Notes: generated by a model not told the origin, from the letters alone. 24,000 nucleotides of DNA from Terriglobia bacterium (GCA_963819015.1 CAWFUN010000001.1:486887-510886); one strand, 5' to 3'. Shown: positions 1 to 10,450, counted from the first letter of the stretch. Numbers and translations are program-made.

Positions 1-1021
<1,021 letters not shown>

Positions 1022-1087
1022 TTCCCCTCGCCGCTCCTCAATCTTTCCGTCGCAGAGCGCGGGACTCCGCGCCCTCGCGGGCAATCT

Positions 1088-1330
1088 CTATCGTCTTGGC
1101 GGATGTTCGATCACGTAGGCCTTCACCGTGTCGAATGCATCCCCTGTATTCGTAAACCGCCGAGCCGAAAAATGCTCTTCGATCTGCTGCAAGAATGAAT
1201 CGCGTTCCGCATCGCTTGCAAACTCAATCGCCACGCCGCTGTCTGCGTCGCGCGCCGGGGTCGCGCGAAACTCGCTGCAACCCACCCCGCGCAGCCCCGG
1301 CAACGTCGTCCATCCCAATTGGTAGAGCAT
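1088..1330 (-). CDS. small hypothetical protein (80 aa) between gyrB and gyrA
   Basis: ORF track 1088..1330. The ATG is 10 nt after the gyrB stop and the stop is 66 nt before the gyrA start, on the same strand. No Shine-Dalgarno and no motif I recognise; the middle is acidic and helical-looking (FASDAERDSFLQQIEEHF). Confidence 0.4.
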   Translation of the reverse strand: MLYQLGWTTLPGLRGVGCSEFRATPARDADSGVAIEFASDAERDSFLQQIEEHFSARRFTNTGDAFDTVKAYVIEHPPRR

Positions 1331-1340
1331 GCGAGAAGGA

Positions 1341-3812
<2,472 letters not shown>

Positions 3813-4201
3813 TTACCCTGTGGCCGTCGGCCGATTTTGGGCCGCGGCTCGAAGGGTTTCTGCTCCATCCCGTCCGGATTCCGCTTCCGCGGAAGCGAAC
3901 GTGGCGAAGACTACTTACTTCCAGGCCTGCATTCCCCTGCTGATTCCGGATTGCGCGGGCCTGGCCGACGTGCCGTTTTGGAGGAAACCAAAACTACGCC
4001 AATGCAGCCTTCATTTTACCGCGGCCCGGGCCATTCCTCAAGTCGAAAGGGGCGTGCGTTTCCGTCGTAAATGCCATGAATACAGAGGTTTGCGTGGGGT
4101 GTTTCGGTGCGACTCTTGGCGTTCGCTCGGAGCCTACAAGTGTCCAGCTACAACGCGTGTGGGATTGCCCAGATTACAGAAGCGAAGCCGTTACCATGCT
4201 G

Positions 4202-4229
4202 TTGACAATTGGCAAGCGCCCGGTAATAT
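4202..4229 (+). promoter_or_regulatory. sigma70-like promoter upstream of the HNH nuclease gene
   Basis: TTGACA (4202-4207), 16-nt spacer, TAATAT (4224-4229), about 140 nt upstream of the ATG at 4372. The -10 sits inside the near-palindrome CCCGGTAATATCGGG (4219-4233). A perfect 12-bp palindrome CAATGTACATTG follows at 4249-4260. Confidence 0.4.
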
Positions 4230-4371
4230 CGGGACCTCTCAGAGTGCGCAATGTACATTGTGGCGCTCTCTTGCTCTCTCTCGAAAACGCAAACACTGTG
4301 CTTGCGTGGGGGTTCGTGTGCCGAAGACAACGAGTAAGCCCGGCGCCATCCATCTCCGGATCATAGCTGTC

Positions 4372-5136
4372 ATGAAGCGGTTCCCCGAAGGGATCACAGG
4401 GGGACAGATCAGACAGGAACTCGAAAAGGAGGGCCTACAGCCGGAAGACCAAACTCATCTTGACCGCCGCAAGAGAGACCTCAAGAAGTGGTTCCATATC
4501 GAGAAAATCAAGAGCGCTCAAGAGGTGCAGGGCAAGAAGCGGAACGTGGTTCTGTACACATATGTTGGAAAGAGGAAACGCATCACTGATGAAGGAGGAG
4601 TCGACCAGCGGTTGAAGGCCGAGGTGATCCGCGCAGCTCGCGGGCGCTGTCAAATGTGCGGAAAGACAATCGAAAGACACGGTATCGCCCTCGTTGTTGA
4701 TCACAAGAAGCCCCGGGATTGGGGTGGTACGAATGACCGCGAGAATCTGTGGGCCATATGCGAGGAATGTAATTCGGGCAAGAAAGCCTTTTTCTCTTCG
4801 CTTGACGCATCTCCAGAATTGATGAGAACGGTCACAGCTCACGGGAGCGTCCATGTTCGCATAGGGGAGTTGTTGAAGGCGGTGGGCGTCGGAAAGCCTA
4901 CGCCATCATCTCTGCTAGAGGTTGTCGCTGACCAGGATGATTGGCAGAAGCGCCTTCGGGAACTCCGATACCCCGTCATCGGTTGGGATATCGAGACGCG
5001 GTTGTACAAGGGACCGTCTGGCAGGAAACAGGCTGACTACATTCTTCGAAGCCACAAACCTTGGCCCGAAAACCCTACCGAGACGATTCGCCGGTTTGAA
5101 AGGGAACGGGAAAAGAAGAACAGACGCCGGGGATGA
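4372..5136 (+). CDS. HNH-family endonuclease with flanking helical/winged-helix-like regions; probable restriction endonuclease of the island
   Basis: In-frame ATG at 4372 within ORF 3820..5136. The upstream ~180 codons are not protein-like. An alternative GTG at 4318 would add VPKTTSKPGAIHLRIIAV. The central beta-beta-alpha-Me signature is GRCQMCGKTIERHGIALVVDHKKPRDWGGTNDRENLWAICEECNSGKK (two CxxC pairs, DH...N). The C-terminal part (RLRELRYPVIGWDIETRLYK) looks like a DNA-binding module. The gene is convergent with vsr, 3 nt apart. Confidence 0.8.
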   Translation: MKRFPEGITGGQIRQELEKEGLQPEDQTHLDRRKRDLKKWFHIEKIKSAQEVQGKKRNVVLYTYVGKRKRITDEGGVDQRLKAEVIRAARGRCQMCGKTIERHGIALVVDHKKPRDWGGTNDRENLWAICEECNSGKKAFFSSLDASPELMRTVTAHGSVHVRIGELLKAVGVGKPTPSSLLEVVADQDDWQKRLRELRYPVIGWDIETRLYKGPSGRKQADYILRSHKPWPENPTETIRRFEREREKKNRRRG

Positions 5137-5139
5137 TGA

Positions 5140-5553
5140 TTAGCTGAGGAATTTCCGTAAGCGCCGAAGGAAGCGGCTTCTCTTGGAAGGTGCGGTTTCA
5201 CATTCCCATACCACCAAGACCCGCCAGCCAAGATCATTCAACTTCTTCAGATTCTTTGCGTCGCGCCGCACATTCCCCTTAAGTTTTGGCCGCCAGTAAT
5301 TCACTCGGGACTTCGGAATATGGGAATCGACACAACCATTGTGTTGGTGCCAAAAGCATCCCCTCACGTCGACTATCTTCCGCAATCGAGGAAGGACAAT
5401 ATCGGGCTTCCCCGGAAGCGCTGGGGGATGCAAACGAAAGCGATATCCCATCGCATGGATCAAGCGCCGCACCGCCATTTCAGGCCTCATCCCCTTACTT
5501 CTGATGCGGCGCATATTCTCCCTACGCCGCTTCGTAGAGACGGTGTCTACCAT
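5140..5553 (-). CDS. vsr: very short patch repair (T:G mismatch) endonuclease
   Basis: 137 aa with blocks matching E. coli Vsr by eye: RRENMRRIRSKGMRPE, GYRFRLH, LPGKPDIVLP, VRGCFWHQH, WRPKLKGNVRRD, LGWRVLVVWECE. Starts 18 nt downstream of the methyltransferase stop, as in a dcm-vsr operon. Confidence 0.93.
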   Translation of the reverse strand: MVDTVSTKRRRENMRRIRSKGMRPEMAVRRLIHAMGYRFRLHPPALPGKPDIVLPRLRKIVDVRGCFWHQHNGCVDSHIPKSRVNYWRPKLKGNVRRDAKNLKKLNDLGWRVLVVWECETAPSKRSRFLRRLRKFLS

Positions 5554-5571
5554 GAAATTCGGAGGGGGATC

Positions 5572-6606
5572 CTAGCTGGCGGCCACGCGCAGCCGCTTTC
5601 GGGAAGCCATCAGAGCTGCCGCTAGACTTGTCGCAATTGCGCGCGCAAAGGGAGGCGGAAACGCGTTGCCAACCTGTCGGTACGATTGTGTTTTCCCGCC
5701 CGTGAAATGCCAATTATCGGGAAACCCTTGGAGGCGCGCGACCATGCGAACCGTCAGACGTGGCATGCCGACGAAATCACGGCTGGGCGCATCATTCGCA
5801 ATACCAAGCCCGTCTACGCCGAGAGTCTCCCAAGCCCGCCTCGCTCTCGTGGGACCGAGGTCTGGACCGCCGTGCTTCAGGGATCCGCCCACGACAGTCG
5901 GCGCAATTTCGTCGGCCCTCCTGCACCAAGCTTTGGCCCCACGCCACCCGTTGGCCGCCATTAGGTCGTACAAAACCTGGCCAACAGTTTCCGGACTCGT
6001 TTCAGATCTCTCGGGCCAAGAGAAATGCTCCGCGCACGATTTGCGTAGCGCGATAAACACGACCCTCGGGCGCAACTGTGGAACGCCAAAATCCGTCGCA
6101 TTCATCAGTTTCCAGCCGGCCTGGTAGCCAAGCTTTTTCAGTTCGTCGCCAACGAATCTTCGGTAATCTTCAAAAACAGCATCTAGAATTCCTCGAACAT
6201 TTTCGATCATGACCGCGGTCGGGCGGATTTGATCGACAAGTCGAATCATCACAGGAAAGAGGTTTCGTTCGTCCTCATGTCCCAGTTGCTTTCCCGCGAT
6301 CGAGAAAGGTGGACATGGAAGGCCTCCCGAGATTACGTCCACGCCCCTGAAAGCAGCCCCGTCAAACTTGTTAAGGTCGGCCTGGATCACGTTCCATCGA
6401 GGACGATTCGCGGTGAGAGTTGCACATGCGTTTTTTTCGATCTCAATCAACCCAGCATGATCAAGGCCTGCTTGTTCAAATCCCAAGGCCTGACCACCAC
6501 CCCCCGCGCATAACTCTAAGGTCCACAACCCAGATTTCTTAAAGTGAGTCGCGCGTCTCACGGAGCTAACTACGGTAGGCCACGGATTGTCTCGTGTCCT
6601 GTTCAT
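5572..6606 (-). CDS. dcm: DNA (cytosine-5)-methyltransferase
   Basis: Canonical C5-MTase motifs: I LELCAGGGGQALGFEQAG, IV GGLPCPPFSIAG, VI MIENVRG, VIII QLRPRVVFIA, IX/X QSYRQVGNAFPPP. I place the start at ATG 6606 (MNRTRDNPW..). The ORF-track start at 6774 would overlap the divergent promoters and the HTH gene region. No other ATG or GTG lies between the predicted TSS and 6606. Confidence 0.9.
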   Translation of the reverse strand: MNRTRDNPWPTVVSSVRRATHFKKSGLWTLELCAGGGGQALGFEQAGLDHAGLIEIEKNACATLTANRPRWNVIQADLNKFDGAAFRGVDVISGGLPCPPFSIAGKQLGHEDERNLFPVMIRLVDQIRPTAVMIENVRGILDAVFEDYRRFVGDELKKLGYQAGWKLMNATDFGVPQLRPRVVFIALRKSCAEHFSWPERSETSPETVGQVLYDLMAANGWRGAKAWCRRADEIAPTVVGGSLKHGGPDLGPTRARRAWETLGVDGLGIANDAPSRDFVGMPRLTVRMVARLQGFPDNWHFTGGKTQSYRQVGNAFPPPFARAIATSLAAALMASRKRLRVAAS

Positions 6607-6656
6607 CTCGGGAAAAGCTAGTTGCAGCGGCTGCCGAATACTTCTAGAAAATCTGC

Positions 6657-6731
6657 GACAACTTTTGTTGTCATTCTGACATTGTTCAATGCGAACTATA
6701 GTTGACACGCGCTTCCTCGTCAATTCACAAT
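6657..6731. promoter_or_regulatory. control region of the island: overlapping face-to-face divergent promoters plus three palindromes
   Basis: Minus-strand promoter: TTGACG (6723-6718), 17 nt, TATAGT (6700-6695). Plus-strand promoter: TTGACA (6702-6707), 18 nt, CACAAT (6726-6731). Palindromes: GACAACTTTTGTTGTC (6657-6672), CATTGTTCAATG (6680-6691), AACTATAGTT (6694-6703). Confidence 0.4.
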
Positions 6732-6785
6732 TCAGGTGCTGCTTACCCATCTGCGCGGTTGAGTGGCCTCGCAAGTCTCATTTAC

Positions 6786-7145
6786 ATGACATGGAAACGG
6801 GATCTTGGACTCCAACTCAGGCGTGCACGGAAGGCTGCTGGCCTTACCCAAGGTAAGCTCGCTAGTCAGCTGAAAGTCAGCAGACAAATGATTTGTCGCT
6901 ACGAAGCCGGGCGCGCCGCCCCGGCAGTGGAAGTGCTCGCTGAGGCTGCGGCAGTGCTCGATGCAGAGTTTCATGTCCAAGGCTTGCGCATGAACATTCC
7001 AGAGACAGTGGCCCAGACACCCATGAGGACGTTGCCGAAGCAGCTGAACCTAGAGTTCAATAGGTCCAAGAGCTACCCGCACGCGGTCGTCAGGATCACG
7101 CCCCATCGCGGGCGAATTCGTATTACGGCCGACATCCCCGCTTAG
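6786..7145 (+). CDS. XRE-family helix-turn-helix transcriptional regulator (candidate controller protein of the R-M island)
   Basis: ATG at 6786 within ORF 6702..7145. HTH_3-like N-terminus LGLQLRRARKAAGLTQGKLASQLKVSRQMICRYEAGRAAPAVEVL, followed by a ~55-aa tail of unknown type. Divergent from the methyltransferase gene. Confidence 0.75.
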   Translation: MTWKRDLGLQLRRARKAAGLTQGKLASQLKVSRQMICRYEAGRAAPAVEVLAEAAAVLDAEFHVQGLRMNIPETVAQTPMRTLPKQLNLEFNRSKSYPHAVVRITPHRGRIRITADIPA

Positions 7146-7253
7146 GCAATTCGCTTGCCGTAGATTTACTGCTTAAGTGCTTTATTTTGTGCGCGAGGGA
7201 ATGCTTGGGGTTTCACTTCGGGGCGGCGGCTTCCCATTCTGAACCGTTCTGCT

Positions 7254-8366
7254 TCAAATCCGCATCGGCATAATGACGTAGCGGTAGCGAAGCGACTCGT
7301 CGCCGAGCGGCACCAATTGCCCGGCGGATTGTTCATCCTTCAGTTCAATGCTGATGGGGCCGTCCGCGGCCGCCGCCAGAAAATCGAGCATGTACTGCGC
7401 GTTGAATCCGATCGAAAGCGGTTCGTGCTTGTATTCTTTCTCGATCAACTCCTTCGCTTCGCCGTACTCGGGGCTGGATGCGGAAATCTCGATTCCCTCG
7501 CTTGCGAAGGAAAACTTCACGGCGCGGGAGCGCTGGTCCGCGAGTTGTGACACGCGGCGCACCGCGTCGTTGAGCTCGCCCCGTTCCAACACGACCTTCT
7601 TCTGGTTTTCCCGCGGCAACACCGCTTCGTAGTTGGGGAATTGGCCGGTCAGCATGCGGCAGATCAGGAGGCGTTCTCCCATCTTGAAGAATAAGTGGCT
7701 ATCGTCACGCGCGAATTCCATATCCTGGCTATCCTGTGCTTCTGCCGCCAGCCGCTGAATTTCAGCGAGCGCCTTCTTCGGCACCAGGACACGCACCTCG
7801 TTGCTCAGCCCCTCAATCTTGTGGTCGGTCTCGGCGAGCGCGAGCCGGTGGCCGTCCGTAGCCACCATCGTGAGCGAGTTGGGCTTCAAGATCAGAAGCG
7901 AACCATTCAGCGTATAGCGGGACTCCTCCGCGGAGATGGCGAATTGCGTCTTGGAAATCAACGAGGAAATCGTTTGCGCGTTGATTCGCGCGAGGGCGTG
8001 CGGAAACGCGGGAATCGCCGGGAAGTTGTCCTTCTCCATGCCGACCATCTTGTACGTCTTGCGGTCCGCAACGATCTGCACCCAGTGGTTCTCGAGGAGT
8101 TTGAACTTGAGATCTCCTTCCGGCAGCAAGCGCACGAGCTCCAGTAATTTTTTTGCGGGGATGGTGCCGGCGCCGTCTTTTTTCACTTTCGCTTCGCAGC
8201 TCGAGCGGATCGAGAGCTCCAGGTCCGTCGCGGTCAGCGTGAGTAGATTGCCCTTCGCCTCAAAGAGCAGGTTCGACAAGATCGGGATCGTTGTCTTGCG
8301 CTCGACCACACCCTGCGTGAGGTTAAGTTCCGTGAGCAGGTCGAACTTCTTCACGCTGAATTCCAT
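7254..8366 (-). CDS. dnaN: DNA polymerase III beta sliding clamp
   Basis: 370 aa with typical DnaN sequence (MEFSVKKFDLLTELNLTQGVVERKTTIPILSNLLFEAKGNLLTLTATDLELSIRS ... YRYVIMPMRI). GGAGGA RBS upstream. Located directly downstream of dnaA. Confidence 0.97.
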   Translation of the reverse strand: MEFSVKKFDLLTELNLTQGVVERKTTIPILSNLLFEAKGNLLTLTATDLELSIRSSCEAKVKKDGAGTIPAKKLLELVRLLPEGDLKFKLLENHWVQIVADRKTYKMVGMEKDNFPAIPAFPHALARINAQTISSLISKTQFAISAEESRYTLNGSLLILKPNSLTMVATDGHRLALAETDHKIEGLSNEVRVLVPKKALAEIQRLAAEAQDSQDMEFARDDSHLFFKMGERLLICRMLTGQFPNYEAVLPRENQKKVVLERGELNDAVRRVSQLADQRSRAVKFSFASEGIEISASSPEYGEAKELIEKEYKHEPLSIGFNAQYMLDFLAAAADGPISIELKDEQSAGQLVPLGDESLRYRYVIMPMRI

Positions 8367-8777
8367 CTCTGGAGTTCCTCCACGGGGGCGAGTTGCGGTA
8401 GACGGGTACTCTACCCTTTTTTAGGAGAGGGATAAAGACCGTAGTCGTAGTAGGGCCTGTGGAAACAAGGAAAACCGCCGAGGTGCCACAAAGAAAGCAA
8501 GTTGCGGCCAGCGCAGGCATTGCGCAGATGGAGGAAGGCAGAGGAAATCTACGCCTGGCGCGCGGTGGCGTGCGACGCAAGAGCGGAAGCGCGAACACTT
8601 TTCACAGGCGGCCCACAGGGATATCCGCATGTTTTCAACAAGCAAAAAAGAGAGCTGCCGGGCGGGGCCGCAACATTGCGCCAGCCGTCAGAATAGGAAA
8701 GTCCAAGAGTTTCACCCGCGAGGGAAGAAGAAGCGGAACAAGAAGAGTTAGGTGCCGAGAAGAGAAATCGACGAATC
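8367..8777. other. candidate oriC segment (dnaA-dnaN intergenic region)
   Basis: 411-bp non-coding spacer. TAG-TCG-TAG-TAG (8442-8453), then GGCC (8454-8457), then DnaA-box-like TGTGGAAAC (8458-8466), with a relatively A/T-rich stretch CTTTTTTAGGAGAGGGATAAAG to the left (8415-8438). Weaker boxes are CTTTTCACA (8598-8606) and ATATCCGCA (8621-8629). A polypurine tract lies at 8721-8768. Confidence 0.5.
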
Positions 8778-10091
8778 TCAGCCGAAGGAATCCATCAGCT
8801 TGGTGATCGTGCGATTCAGGTCTTTGTCGCTCCGCCGTAGGGAGTCGATCTTGTGGATGGAGTGGAGCACCGTGGTGTGGTGTTTTCCGCCGAACTGGCG
8901 GCCGATCTCCGGCAGCGATGCCGATGTGAGCTGCTTCACCAGGTACATGGCAATCTGCCGCGGGTACGCGATGGCCTTGGAATTCGACCGGATCTTAAGA
9001 TCCTGCTCGCGCAAGCCGAATTGCTCGCCCACCTTCTTCTGAATCAGTTCGATCGTGACGCGTTTCTCTTGCGACGCAATGATATTGCGCAGCACCTGTT
9101 GCGCCGTGAGGAGATTCATCGGATTCCCGGTCAAGGAGGTGTAGGCCAGCAGCCGCGTCAGCGCTCCCTCCAGCTCGCGCACGTTGGACTTGATCGAGCG
9201 CGCAACGTACTCCGCGACCTCGTCGGGGAGTTGCACGTGCTCCGATTCCGCCTTCTTCTGGAGAATGGCGATCTTGGTTTCCAGGTCCGGCGGTTGAATG
9301 TCGGCAATCAGGCCCCACTCGAACCGCGATCGCAAGCGCTCCTCGATTGCGGAGATCTCCTTCGGCGGGCAATCGGACGACACGACGATCTGCCGCTGGA
9401 GATCGTACAGGGCGTTAAACGTATGGAAGAATTCTTCTTGCGTCCGTTCTTTCCCCGCGATGAATTGAATATCGTCCACCAGCAATACATCCACGGTGCG
9501 GAAGCGTTCGCGGAAACTCAGCATGCGGTCGAAGCGCAGCGAGCTGATGACCTCATTCGTAAATTTCTCCGCGCTGATGTACGTCAACCGCGATGCAGGA
9601 TTCCGCTTCTTGATCAAGTGGCCGACGGCCTGCATGAGGTGCGTCTTTCCCATGCCCACGCCGCCATACAGAAAAAGCGGGTTGTAGGCGCGCGAAGGAT
9701 CCTCGGCCACGGCGAGGGCCGCAGCGTGCGCGAATTGGTTCGACGCGCCGACGACGAAGGACTCGAAGCTATAGCGCGGGTTCAATTGGTGCTCCACCGA
9801 GTCGAAATCCAGCTTCGTCTGCCGGGGAGGAACGCTCGCCGGCGGGGCCGCCTCCAGCGTCGTGCAAACGAATTCAAGCTGGGTGTCGGGCATCCCGACC
9901 TCCGCGAGCACCGCCTGAAGCAGTTGCCCATAAGTTTCCGTCAAGCGCTTCCGGAAGAGCCTGGAGGGCACACGGACCACAAGCTTGCCGTTCTCCGAGC
10001 CTTCCTGCCGCGTAGGGCGGAACCACGTCGAGAAGCTGTGCGGATTAACCCGCCGCTCCATGTGTTGGAGAATCTTGTCCCACGCTGTCAT
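8778..10091 (-). CDS. dnaA: chromosomal replication initiator protein DnaA
   Basis: AAA+ Walker A GGVGMGKTHLMQA, box VLLVDDIQFIAGKERTQEEFFHTFN, and C-terminal DNA-binding domain IAYPRQIAMYLVKQLTSASLPEIGRQFGGKHHTTVLHSIHKI. I start it at ATG 10091 (MTAWDKILQHMERR..). The track's 5' extension to 10184 runs through the DnaA-box palindrome. Confidence 0.95.
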   Translation of the reverse strand: MTAWDKILQHMERRVNPHSFSTWFRPTRQEGSENGKLVVRVPSRLFRKRLTETYGQLLQAVLAEVGMPDTQLEFVCTTLEAAPPASVPPRQTKLDFDSVEHQLNPRYSFESFVVGASNQFAHAAALAVAEDPSRAYNPLFLYGGVGMGKTHLMQAVGHLIKKRNPASRLTYISAEKFTNEVISSLRFDRMLSFRERFRTVDVLLVDDIQFIAGKERTQEEFFHTFNALYDLQRQIVVSSDCPPKEISAIEERLRSRFEWGLIADIQPPDLETKIAILQKKAESEHVQLPDEVAEYVARSIKSNVRELEGALTRLLAYTSLTGNPMNLLTAQQVLRNIIASQEKRVTIELIQKKVGEQFGLREQDLKIRSNSKAIAYPRQIAMYLVKQLTSASLPEIGRQFGGKHHTTVLHSIHKIDSLRRSDKDLNRTITKLMDSFG

Positions 10092-10129
10092 ATGTTCGAG
10101 GACCCCTTGGGGGCGCTGCCGTAAGGAGG

Positions 10130-10395
10130 ACACAATTTCCACAGCTGTGGAAATTGTGTGGAAACCCACCACCTCCGGCGCCACACAGGCTTAAGAGAGC
10201 GCGAGCCGAAATGATCGGCCGAGACGAGAACGTCTAGGCGCGGCCTCCCTGAGCAACCCTACCCGGATCGGTCTTGGCTCAGGAACCGCCGCAACCGAGT
10301 GCGGGGGGGATTCTCCACAAACGAAGCGTCCTCTACAAGCGAAATCTGCGAGAGAGCCCAGCCGGGACGCACAGCACTTCCACAGGATTTCCACA
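10130..10395. promoter_or_regulatory. cluster of six DnaA-box-like motifs upstream of dnaA (autoregulatory region and/or second oriC part)
   Basis: Perfect 30-bp palindrome ACACAATTTCCACAGCTGTGGAAATTGTGT (10130-10159) holding ATTTCCACA (10135-10143) and its inverted copy TGTGGAAAT (10146-10154). Further motifs: TGTGGAAAC (10157-10165), TTCTCCACA (10311-10319), ACTTCCACA (10376-10384), ATTTCCACA (10387-10395). Confidence 0.55.
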
Positions 10396-10450
10396 ACAAC
10401 AGAAACCCAGTGAAATTAACGGCTTAGCAGACAGTTGGGGTTGGGAACAC

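Larger units (their letters stand above)
4076..7253. other. probable horizontally acquired restriction-modification + Vsr island in the dnaN-gyrB interval (boundaries approximate)
   Basis: Four functionally linked genes (HNH nuclease, vsr, C5-MTase, HTH) interrupt an otherwise all-minus-strand housekeeping block. Two of them are the only plus-strand genes in the window. Hand counts of 120-nt samples give 67 G+C at the start of the HNH gene versus 79 G+C in gyrB (3601-3720). No integrase or clear flanking repeats were seen. Confidence 0.6.

Noticed and set aside
3858-3870. Possible direct repeat flanking the island: TTCTGCTCCATCC (3858-3870) versus TTCTGCTTCAAATCC (7243-7257, overlapping the dnaN stop)
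   Set aside because: It is too short and imperfect (an indel plus mismatches) to call an att-type duplication. No integrase or recombinase gene is present, so it may be chance.
3820-4371. 5' extension of the HNH ORF (438-aa version) and the overlapping 96-aa ORF 4076..4366
   Set aside because: The translated sequence is not protein-like (Cys/Arg/Trp-rich, no domain). It would run through the near-consensus promoter at 4202-4229. The real coding signal starts around 4318-4372.
6607-6774. N-terminal extension of the methyltransferase to the track start at 6774
   Set aside because: It would overlap both predicted promoters, the three palindromes and the HTH gene start. The extension (MRGHSTAQMGKQHLNCELTRKRVSTIVRIEQCQNDNKSCRRF..) has no MTase similarity. 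ATG 6606 leaves a normal 27-aa lead-in to motif I.
7145-7159. Hairpin GGCAA-TTCGC-TTGCC at the HTH gene stop as a terminator
   Set aside because: 5-bp stem with no U-tract. No convincing bidirectional terminator was found in the 108-nt convergent gap with dnaN.
8459-8806. ORFs inside the dnaA-dnaN spacer (115 aa plus strand; 91 aa and 74 aa minus strand)
   Set aside because: They are mutually overlapping, Arg-rich and without RBS. The region is better explained as origin or regulatory DNA.
10092-10184. dnaA N-terminal extension (MAPEVVGFHTISTAVEIVSSLRQ..)
   Set aside because: It translates the 30-bp DnaA-box palindrome. The canonical DnaA N-terminus begins at MTAWDKILQ (ATG 10091).
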